From assembly GCA_964106915.2 (NCBI GenBank), contig OZ066914.1: a stretch of DNA of 64,000 nt, one strand, 5' to 3'. The notes under the pieces were generated by a model that saw only the letters and a list, made by a program, of their open reading frames with translations, was not told the origin of the DNA and made no database searches. Made by a program: the position numbers and the translations under genes. Numbering within the stretch: the stretch's first letter is position 1; every line of letters starts with the position of its first letter. Of the stretch, positions 36,442 to 46,580 are shown piece after piece. This DNA comes from Podarcis gaigeae. Lineage: Eukaryota.

Positions 36442-37619
36442 CTGGAATAAAAAGAATCAGTTATATAAAAACAGCTCGGTAATGAGTTCAACAGTCATTT
36501 CAAAATGATAAAATATACAAATGAGAAAATGTTTACTGGTTTTTTTTTTGGTTTTTTTTTAAAGACCACTTTTCAGAAATCCTTAAGAAAGTTAAAAGTA
36601 GCACATATATAATTTGGATTTTAAGTGTTTCCACTCCAACCTATCACTTGATGAATACACACTTGATATCCAGGCAGTGTTCTATACATGTAGGGGAGGC
36701 CTCATTTCTTTAACTTCACACAAGGCTCCCTGTGCCCAATTATTTCCACACAGAATAAATGGGGAGATCAAAGTTCCAATTGCACAGAAGAGCATCACAG
36801 AACTTTGGATCCCAACCAGTGCTTTTTCAACATTGGGACTCTTGGGCTTATAATTATCTGGGCTAAACCTACATGGGTCCTTTAAAAAAAAAATACTCTG
36901 CAGCCAGGTCACAAGTTTGCCTCTGTGCACAAATAATGCATTTTACATTTCTCTGACTCAATGCCCAATTGGGTCTGTAATTGCTAGTGTGAAAAATGTG
37001 CATAAAAAAGAGTAAGATTGGTATGAAGAATAAAATGTCTCAGATTTTGCAGACTTGAGCTTTATACAAAAATGAGCCAGCGTTGTGCCATTCTGCTTGA
37101 GTGAAGTTATTAAAAACAAACCTTGAGAATAAGATAATTTACTGCAAGCAAAGCAACAAGCTTTAAAAGCACTTAAACCCCCGTTTTCAGTGACTTCACA
37201 TAGGGTGAATCTCAAATGCAAAACAACGTTGTGTGGGTGCAAGACTGCCATCAGAGACAATTTAGCTGCTAAGGACATTAGATGGAATGAAAGCTACTAA
37301 ATACCAAAGTACTTGTGATGCACAAATGCTTGATTCTTTACAGGTAATTTCCCTGGCTTTAAGAAAAGATGCTCCATTTGCTATTACTTCTCACAGCATT
37401 AATAGGGCTGTGCTCTTTAAAGAAAAGTAAGCACATCTAAAGTGCAAACCCCCCCAAAAAAAGAAAACTACACAAATATACTTAAAGCACAGTCCTGTAC
37501 ATGTCTATTCAGAAGTATGTCCCATTGAGGTGAATGGATTTACACCTCAGCAAGTAAGTATAGGATTGGTCCCACTGAATTCAAGAGCAGGTTATTAACA
37601 CAAGCAGCAGTGTCTAAGT

Positions 37620-37804
37620 CGGGGGTTGTCAACCTGGTCCCTACCGCCCACTAGTGGGCTTTCCGGATTCAAGGTGGGCAGCAGGGGGTTCTATGGCACA
37701 AGCTGAATCCTCCTTCCATCGAGCACTGGTAGAAGTTAAGGAAATTTTACCATCAAGAAAGATGCATTAGTGGGCAGTAGGTATAAAAAGGTTGACTACC
37801 CCTG
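37620..37804. mobile_element. hAT MITE (DPH6 intron 1)
   Basis: TIRs CGGGGGTTGTCAACCT / AGGTTGACTACCCCTG; 8-bp TSD GTCTAAGT / ATCTAAGT. Confidence 0.85.
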
Positions 37805-38057
37805 ATCTAAGTGCATATACTGTACAAATAATGTAATTTTTTTTAAAGTCACAGATTGTGTTCTACCATCTCCCTGGGTACCTGAACTGGGCTACACGTT
37901 GCTGCTAAGATGGCTTCCTTCAGTCAACCATATTAACCATGGCTACCCAGTCCCTGGTCAGAGCATTACCAGCATTCTACTCTGGTATATCTGCTTGTGC
38001 CACCCACAGCCAGAGATTGGGTTGGAAGCAGCAGGGTTCATTTTTGACATCCCAATA

Positions 38058-38283
38058 CAGTGGTACCTTGAGTTAAGAACTTAATTCGTTCCGGAGGTCC
38101 GTTCTTAACCTGAAACTGTTCTTAACCTGAAGCACCACTTTAGCTAATGGGGCCTCCCGCCGCCGCCACGCCACCAGAACATGATTTCTGTTCTCATCCT
38201 GAAGCAAAGTTCTTAACCCGAGGTACTATTTCTGGGTTAGTGGAGTCTGTAACCTGAAGCATATGTAACCCGAGGTACCACTG
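38058..38283 (+). mobile_element. MITE family 1 (DPH6 intron 1)
   Basis: Same TIRs and TA TSD; one fewer 16-bp subterminal repeat. Confidence 0.92.
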
Positions 38284-39977
38284 TATTTTCCTGCTGGAAA
38301 CCTTCTCAACTACACACAAGCAACCCACTTTACCAATAAATACAGAACACAAACCCACTTTCCCACAAAAGCCCTAAATCACCACTATTTATCGAAGGTG
38401 ACAATCTGTCCTTATGTCCCATTTCAAGGGTTTGTTAATTTGTATGAAACATGGCATCAATGTACCCCCAGAGAAATTCTGCAAGAGGGAGGAGTCAAGT
38501 TGTAGAAGAAAATCACTACCTAATATGAAACGCAGGTGGTTGTGCATGAAACCCCTTCAAGCAAATCAAACCATAAAACAAGGCCCTCCATGGACTCCTG
38601 GCCTTCAAATGTCTGAGTAAGCTGCCTATGGGCAACTGCTCCCCTTGGCCTTTGAATGTGTTTACACATGCATGCAAAACTTCCAACATTTTAGCTTACT
38701 TCTCAAACTGAAGGAAGCAGACATATATGCATCCTATGAGAATGCAGGACAATAGCTAAAGCAGGAACTTTTGTGCACTTTATTGATGATAAACCACTAA
38801 TTAGCCAAAGTGCAAAATTCTGCAAAGTGTTGATAGCCACCTTCACTAACAGATGAATGAAATGGCGGTCACCCACAGGCCCATTTACCTCAAGCTGGTG
38901 ATTAAGATGTACAGACAGTATGGTGGACATGAGTCGGGGAGAAAATGTACATGTGTGTGTGTCTGTTTGTGATAAGTGGTCCCCAGGTCTGTGGTAACTT
39001 GGCAGGAGGGCGAAGCACTACAAACTTGTGAGCTGAGCAAGCCCATTCCCTGAGGTTTTCAAGGTTCAGGAAGGCACAAAACACCCAATACATTTAGAAA
39101 TAGCTCAGTTTCTTCAAGTTTGAGAACAAATCCCTGCAAAAACAAGTGTTTCCAAGGCCAGCTCCATCTCTTTCCTTTTGTAAATGTTGCCACGTTGTGT
39201 TCACACTATACCCTTAAAACACATTCAAAACACATTATTTCCTTCAAAGTATTCTGGACACTGTAACTTTTTAAGGGTTGTTAGGAACAGTAACTCTGAG
39301 TGGTAAACTACAGTGCCGAGGATTTTTTGAGGGAAAGAATGTGTTTCAAGTGTGCTTGAAAGGTATGGTGTAGGACACAGCATAAACTTAGCCCACAACT
39401 TCCCAACCCTACCCACAGAGAAGCAAGGGGTGAGGTGGACATCTGGGTGGCCACTGTGAGCTAGACTTGAGGGGCCAAATGACCTGATCCTGCATGCTCT
39501 TCTTATTGTTCTTAGGTGCAAGATCAAACAGATGGTTGTAAGAAAATCTCAGCACCTTCTATATTAAACCACACAGGCATAGAAAAAGCTGTCCTTGGTC
39601 CCACTATGCACAGGGCTGAAAGGGGAAGCAAAAAACAAAACCCCAAGGCGCATATGCTGCAGAGATGACCCGCAAATGCTGCACGGTTTTAAATCAGCCA
39701 GTCGACTCCGGAGAGAGCAAAGTAAAGCAGGAAGCGTGAGGTCAGAGGGACTGAGAGGGGGTAGAAAGGAAATTGCTGATTACAAACAGAAAGGTGGTGG
39801 CGGGAGGGAAATCTGATCCGAGGAAGCTTATCTTTGCTTGCCCCCTCACTTCACTCCGCCAGCCACCCCCGCGCTATATGGGGCTCCAGCACTTCTCCCT
39901 TATGTAGAAACCTTGCAGTGGAAATACTAGTCCATTGTGGGGGCAGCCCTTACACACACACACTGTTCTTTTTTTAC

Positions 39978-40000
39978 CTGATTAAAGCCACTACTTTCAT
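39978..40000 (-). CDS. DPH6: DPH6 coding exon 1 (MKVVALI-S, 23 nt)
   Basis: Minus strand reads caac ATG AAA GTA GTG GCT TTA ATC AG|gtaaaa. This matches the DPH6 N-terminus (M-x-V-x-A-L-I-S-G-G-K-D-S). A at -3; GT donor at 39977-39976; the phase-2 junction completes Ser with exon 2. Confidence 0.93.
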
Positions 40001-40118
40001 GTTGCACAACACCTTGGGCTGGATTTAAGTGCATGCGAAGAGCGCCCGGGGTTAAGAGTGCAAGCCACCAACTAGGCGCAAACACACACTGCCTCTTCCA
40101 ACCCACGTTGCTCTCGGG

Positions 40119-40145
40119 CTGCTGCTGCTGCTGCTGCTGCTGCTG
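40119..40145 (-). repeat. (CAG)9 trinucleotide repeat upstream of the DPH6 ATG
   Basis: ctg x9 on the plus strand. Confidence 0.95.
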
Positions 40146-41078
40146 TCTGATGCTTCCTTCCTTCCCCGGGAAGTCCCGCCCGCCTGGGTCTGTCTTCCGA
40201 GCTGCCTGAACAAAACAATCACCTTTCTCAGCCGTTATGAGGCATTCCCTCCGTCCTTTTGGCAGCATGAAGTCGGTCCGCAGGCGACAAACTGCAAGAG
40301 CCAGCCCTGCCGTCATATGAGCGGACGGGTAGTGGGGTGGCTAAATTTCAGGCACAGCGTCGGACAGCTATGAGCTGGCACTGAGGCGGTTTGTAGTGAG
40401 GGCAAGGCTGAGCGCACGTGTGCGATTGCTGCCTAGCTGCTGCGTGATTTAGAAGCGCTTTTCCAGGTTCTCGCACGGCAGCGCTTAGACTGTGACACGC
40501 TCCCCTCTGGGATTTGCATGCCAGGTTTCAGACCCAGAGCGTGGGAAGTAATAAAAAGACTGCCTCTGAGCATGTGCCGGGTGCATTTCCGTCGTCGAGC
40601 AGCCAGAGCCAGTCAGTGTGTCGATTATGAAATGAAGGGAACTTCTACGTTACAGCCAGGCTTGAACGCCAAAATCCCCCCTTTTCTTTTAGTAAATCAT
40701 TAGGTGAGCAAGTGTTGGAGGTTTACAGCCCCAAACCTAAACATGCTGTTAGAAAGGTTGGGGGCAAGCCCCATGGGCGTAGCCAGGAAATTTTTGCGGC
40801 TAGGCAGGCAAAGTTGTTGTTTTTTTTTTTTTTAGGAAATGACCCCATAAAGAGGACATTTACGGGGTAATTTCAATGCTTTTCAATAATATTTGTGGAT
40901 GGGGGGGGGGGGGCAACAGCACACACCCACACCATCTCTCTGCCCTACTCTATGCCAAGCAGTAGCAAGAGTCCAGGGGAATTCCATGCGCTTACCCAGT
41001 GTCTGTGTTCCTTTGCAGAAAGTAGGCACAATGGAGGTTAGTACTTTAATGGTATATGCTTTATTTTACACACATATA

Positions 41079-41323
41079 CAGTGGTATCTGGGGTTAAGTA
41101 CTTAATTTGTTCTGGAGGTCTGTCCTTAACTTGAAACTGTTCTTAACCTGAAGCACCACTTTAGCTAATGGGGCCTCCTGCTGCTGCTGCGCCGCCGCCG
41201 GAGCACGATTTCTGTTCTTATCCTGAAGCAAAGTTCTTAACCTGAAGCACTATTTCTGGGTTAGCGGAGTTTGTAACCTGAAGCGTATGTAACCTGAAGT
41301 GTCTGTAACCCGAGGTACCACTG
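41079..41323 (+). mobile_element. MITE family 1
   Basis: CAGTGGTAT...GTACCACTG with TA TSD. Confidence 0.92.
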
Positions 41324-41898
41324 TACAGCCTTTAGGCTTCAGTGGAGGGGTGCACAGCAGCAGCACCCCAAAACGCACCAGCTTGTCCTTAAAGCAGCAT
41401 TACCAGCATCCTTTTTGCTCTACTGCCCATCTTGGTGTTCCAGGCACATAAAATCTTCCTAGTAGCATCTCATGGTACCTGGTATTCATTTGCATTCTAA
41501 TGGTCAGTTCATTTGAAATACTAGTGGTTAATCCCCACCCTCTGGCATCACCTAGCAAAGGAGTTCCTCTGACTTCATCAACACTTTGACTAGGATTAAA
41601 GACTTGTACACACTTAGGACATTTACCTAGGTTAACTCTTCACATACTCATTGCCGATGCTGAGAAGTAGGTCCACACATTTCAATACACATGGATCTCA
41701 AATGTTCTCAAAAGTCTGATACACAGTCTTTCAACATAAACACTAATTAAACACCTCACACCCATTACCTAACCCGCTTTTAATATAAATAAATAAATGC
41801 TATATTACTCATTTCACAGTTTTAATGGCTCTAGCTCCAGTTAGGCTCCCTGCTACTTTATGTAATAGGAAATTGCCAGGCAGGGGAGAAAACAAGTA

Positions 41899-42139
41899 CA
41901 GTGGTACCTTGGTTTTCGAACGTAATCTCTTCCGGAAGACTGTTGAAGTTCTGAAGCGTTCCAAAAGTAAAACTCAATAGCCGACAGCTAGGCCTCAGGA
42001 TCTTGCACTCAGCGGAAGCCGCGTGGCATGTTTGACTTCTGAGGTGTGTTCAAAAACCGAAGCATGTACTTCCAGGTTTACGATGTTCAAGTTCCGAAAC
42101 ATTCGGCGATGGAAACGTTCGAAAACCAAGGTACCATAT
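41899..42139. mobile_element. Tc1/mariner-type MITE
   Basis: CAGTGGTACCTTGGTTTTCGAAC...GTTCGAAAACCAAGGTACCA. Confidence 0.85.
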
Positions 42140-42695
42140 GTATCTAATGTGTACAGAAGTATAAAAGTTTTAGGAACTTCTGGTTGTCAGAGGAAGAGAG
42201 CTAGATTTGAAGCCGTATTTATGTACTTAGAATCATGGAGTTGGACAGGATCTCTAAAGGTCATTTCCAATCCCCTGCTGTTCAGACTAGTCCATAGATA
42301 ACTGAGTGCTTTGATTGTAATTATAGGTGTGTGACATACACGTCCTGCTATAGTTTTTGTATCCAAGTGACAGGAGGTGAATAGCCTGGAATTAGCTTGC
42401 TTAGGAGAGATCTCCCCAAATGCCTCTTCTCCAAAGGAGCTGCAGAGAAAGATGGCCTGTATGCATTTTGGTGAATTTGTGACATCACACTTAATTCCCT
42501 CCTATGTCCTTCACCACCAAAATACAAAAGTAACAAAAATACAACTGCTATGTCTTCCATGTGGTGCTAATATGGTCTGTATTGCCTGCAAGAGACTCCT
42601 TTTTTATTGGGGAGTAAATCAAGTAAAATGATTTTTAATGAATGGATTTATATAAGAATAAATCTGGCTGCAAGCCTTTGGATCGTTTTAAAGTA

Positions 42696-42938
42696 CAGTC
42701 ATACCTCTAGTTGCGTTAGGTTCATGTTGCGGATTTTCGGGTTGCGAACGCGGCAAACCTGGAAGTGTATACTTCTGGGTTTCGCCGCACGTGCAGAAGC
42801 ATTCTGCACACTTTGTGCATGCGCAGAAGCGCTCTATTGCGGCACATGCACACGCAGAAGCAGCACTCTACTTATGGACTTTTCGGGGTACGAACGGCAC
42901 CCTGGAACGGATCGCGCCCGTAAGTAGAGATACCACTG
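42696..42938. mobile_element. Tc1/mariner-type MITE with asymmetric TIRs
   Basis: TA|CAGTCATACCTC...GAGATACCACTG|TA; internal gcagaagc repeats. Confidence 0.82.
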
Positions 42939-43303
42939 TATTTGGAGAACTGTGGAACCTGAACAACCCAACATTTGAAGGCCAATTCTGAGCATGATAA
43001 ACTAGTACGGACCAATGTGTTGTGCAGACAGGAAGAAGAAAAGCAAAAACCGAACTTTGATGCCCGGTGGACGGGGGCACAGGATAAGAAATGCAGGGTG
43101 ACAGAAATGTGCAGATTAGAGGACTGGCACTGTGGAAGAATGCCATCTTAAGAGCTACTATTTGGTTTGCCTGAGTGTGGAACCTGCAGTCATTCAGATG
43201 GAAGCTTTTAATGTTCGATGACTTACTGTATTTTAATATTTTGTTGGAAGCCACCCAGAGTGGCTGGGGAGGCCTGGCCAGATGGGTGGGGTATAAGTAA
43301 GAT

Positions 43304-43336
<33 letters not shown>

Positions 43337-44741
43337 CCTGGCACCAAATGGCTTCCCCCCCCCCCCCCACATTTAATACTTACCATTCTTACATTCTGCT
43401 GGGCATTTAGATTGGGTTAGGCTTGTCCTGTTTATGCTATATGTATTTTTTTTCAGAGGGTGTTGATATTGCTTTTTGAATTGAATTGAAACATTACTGG
43501 TTTCCTGTTCTTAATTCATATATAAATATAGATAATACTGTTTGTATTTTATACTGCAGGTCACATCAAGACTGTGTGTTTTTTAGTATAAAGCATAGCA
43601 GATAAGAAATGGAAATAACAGTGATGGTAGTTATTATAAAAATACAAATATTCATATAATAATCAGGATTATTCCCATAATTCTTAGGAACTTCCAAATA
43701 AAGTGGATGATCCAAATCAGATTGCATACTATGAAAGCTTGTGATTGTCCAGAGGGAAGGATTGTAACTTTTTGCTATTATAGCTGTGAAAAGAAGCAAT
43801 CCAGGCATGTTCTTAATTAAAGCACTAAGTCCAGAGGATATGTAGAAGTTTCAGACATAAAATGCTTAGTAAAGCCTGCTGATGGGAAATAATCACCCAC
43901 TCAGAAACACCGTAAAAATGTGACACTTGTTTTAAAAACACTTAAAAATGTACACTGAGTTGTTATTTGAGCTGCAATCATCCACACAATTGTTTGGAAA
44001 AATGTATTAATGACTGACTTGATTTAATGGAGAAGCACTACACGGGTATTTTTATTTATGATAGTCTACAAACAAGGACAAATATTTTAAACCTGATGGG
44101 CTAACATGATTAGAACAGCGGGGGACAAGCCTACAAAGAATATTGTAAACAAGTTATTTGTGCTCCTCTTTGGAAGTCCATAAAAGTCGTTATTTTATAA
44201 AGGCTTTGTAATGCAGGTTTCGACAGATCAGTATTTTTGCAACATATTCTTCCTTAGCAACATTAGTTTCAGCAAAACTAAAAACAAAAAAGTGTTGTTT
44301 TCCTTCCTTAGAGGCTCTGCTATTAATATTATTGCCTAAAATAGTACCTAATACAGAAGTTATTTTCTGTCTTCTAGTTTGGTTGCATTCTCTTATACAT
44401 CCTTTCACGTTTATTTTTAGCTGTAATCTGCCCGTCATTTTTCAGTATCTTAATAGAACAGAAGAAACTGAAGGCATACAACTTAGACTTGATTTACTCT
44501 TTGCCCTGACAGGTGTGACCTGAAAGTGACAGAATGGAGTGGTTAGAAGAAATAACCTTGGAAACATTTTGCCGAGCAATGCCAGAGCTTGCTGAATAGG
44601 CAAAGCCTTTCTGACAATATTTTAATGCAACAGATGTACAGTTGTTATTGGTCTCCCTTTGCTCAAGGGAAACCCTCCATTCGTGGGCTGGATGTTTGCA
44701 GTTAAGAATCTGCATAGAGAAAGAGCCCGTGGCTCAGTGCT

Positions 44742-45050
44742 GGGGTACATGGTTTGCATGAAGATGGTCCAAGCTCCAGTCCCTGGTATTTCCTGTTGAA
44801 GGATCTTGAGTAGAAGACCTGAAAAAGAGCGGCCTCTTGAGATCTTGGTTGGCTGTTGCTAATCAAGGTGGACCAGGGATAGGGAGCACATGGCTCTCCA
44901 GAGGTCTCCAACTCCCATCAGTCCCAGTCAACATAGCCCACGCTCAGAGATGATGGGGGTTGTAGAGCATTTGGAGGGCCACAGGTTTCCCACTCCTGAA
45001 GCAGACAATATACAGTGGACCAATACTCTGATCCAATATAATATGTATTT
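44742..45050 (+). mobile_element. Old tRNA-derived SINE (Squam3-like) interrupted by a hAT-type mini-MITE (44874-44998)
   Basis: gtggctcagtg A-box head; insert bounded by inverted ends cagggatagggag...tttcccactcctg. Confidence 0.55.
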
Positions 45051-45089
45051 ATATGAATGTCAAAAGTCATGTATTTGATAGTTATTACA

Positions 45090-45422
45090 GTCACTCGCTG
45101 ACAAGGTCTATCCCGAATTAATGTGGCTTTAGAGTTCAGGGGTCCACAGTTGACATGATTTTCTCATTGTACCAGCTTCAGGAGGTCTGCTAAGAGCAGA
45201 GGTAGCCTTTGTACATCACCTTCATAGATCAGATGATGGCCTTTGACCTTGTCAGCTGAAAAGGACACAGACTGTTCAGCCAGGCCGGATGCCCACCTAA
45301 GCTTCACAAGATGATCCTTCCACAAGAACATGCACAGCACCATCCAGTATAACGGCTCATCCTTGGACACCTTCATTATAAAGAACAGTGTGAAACAGGG
45401 CTGTGTTCTTGCCCCGATTCTC
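45090..45422 (+). mobile_element. Old RTE-clade LINE RT fragment
   Basis: Degenerate translation with stops and frameshifts: LADKVYPE..CGFR...STVDMIFSLYQLQE...LYITFID...AFDLVS...GCPPKL...VKQGCVLAP. Confidence 0.8.
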
Positions 45423-45703
45423 TAGAGCCACAGCAGGCATTGTAACTCTCCATGTTTTGACTTCCCGCACAACCACAAAGGCATACTCCTTCATTGTCTC
45501 CCAAGACAGATAGATGCCAATATGCTGCTAGTGTTGGGGAAAAATGAATGCACGTGTGATTTTGTGACATTTTTAAAAACTGGTTTTGCTTTATTTTATT
45601 TTACTTCCTTAGAGGCTGACTCTTCTCTGCTCAAGCTTAGGAACACTCGTGTCTTCACTCCACACTCTGCTGTGATTCTAAGTTAAGAAGAAGATACCAG
45701 CTA

Positions 45704-45945
45704 CAGTGGTATCTCGGGTTAAGAACTTAATTTGTTCCGGAGGTCCGTTCTTAACCTGAAACTTTTCTTAACCTGAAGCACCACTTTAGCTAATGGGGTC
45801 TCCCACTGCCGCTGCGCCACCGGAGCACGATTTCTGTTCTTATCCTGAAGCAAAATTCTTAACCTGAAGCACTATTTCTGGGTTAGCGGAGTCTGTAACC
45901 TGAAGTGTATGTAACCTGAAGCGTATGTAACCCGAGGTACCACTG
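45704..45945 (+). mobile_element. MITE family 1
   Basis: CAGTGGTATCTCGGGTTA...TAACCCGAGGTACCACTG with TA TSD. Confidence 0.92.
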
Positions 45946-46217
45946 TACTGATATATATATATTTCCCAACTGGAACAGTGCCGTGTGTAACCCATGAATA
46001 TCTATGGTTGAATTTAGGATATTAGTGGTGGGGCATGTTGGTTCTGGAGCTAAAGAGTGGCACAGGTCAAGGCCCTATCCATATCATACATTCAAAGCGC
46101 GGTAATACCACTTTAACAGTCATGGCTTCCCCCAAAGAATCCTGGGAACTGTAGCTGGTTAATGATGTTGGGAATCATAGCTCTCTGAGGGGTCTTTTAA
46201 CAATTCTCAGCACCCTT

Positions 46218-46580
46218 AAAGTAAAGGTAAAGGTACCCCTGCCCGTACGGGCCAGTCTTGACAGACTCTGGGGTTGTGCGCCCATCTCACTCAAGAGGCC
46301 AGGGGCCAGCGCTGTCCGGAGACACTTCCAGGTCACGTGGCCAGCGTGACATCGCTGCTCTGGCGAGCCAGAGCCGCACACGGAAACGCCGTTTACCTTC
46401 CCGCTGGTAAGCGGTCCCTATTTATCTACTTGCACCCGGAGGTGCTTTCGAACTGCTAGTTTGGCAGGCGCTGGGACCAAGCAGCGGGAGCACACCCCGC
46501 CACAGGGATTCGAACCGCCGACCTTTCGATCGGCAAGTCCTAGGCGCTGAGGCTTTACCCCACAGCGCCACCTGCGTTCC
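46218..46580 (-). mobile_element. Sauria SINE, subfamily A, inside a palindromic MITE
   Basis: Near-identical to 7326-7611 and also carries the tRNA-derived head. Confidence 0.92.

Larger units (their letters stand above)
39640..40680 (-). promoter_or_regulatory. CpG-enriched DPH6 promoter / 5' UTR region
   Basis: Local GC and CpG enrichment around exon 1. ETS-like CGGGAAGT (40167-40174) abuts GC box CCCGCCC (40175-40181). CACGTG near 40415, ACTACAA on the minus strand near 40391-40397, octamer ATTTGCAT at 40512-40519. The TSS cannot be determined. Confidence 0.7.

Noticed and set aside
42868-43386. 172-aa minus-strand ORF with poly-G and poly-I
   Set aside because: Built from a poly-C run, the (GAT)n tail, an L2 end and a MITE.
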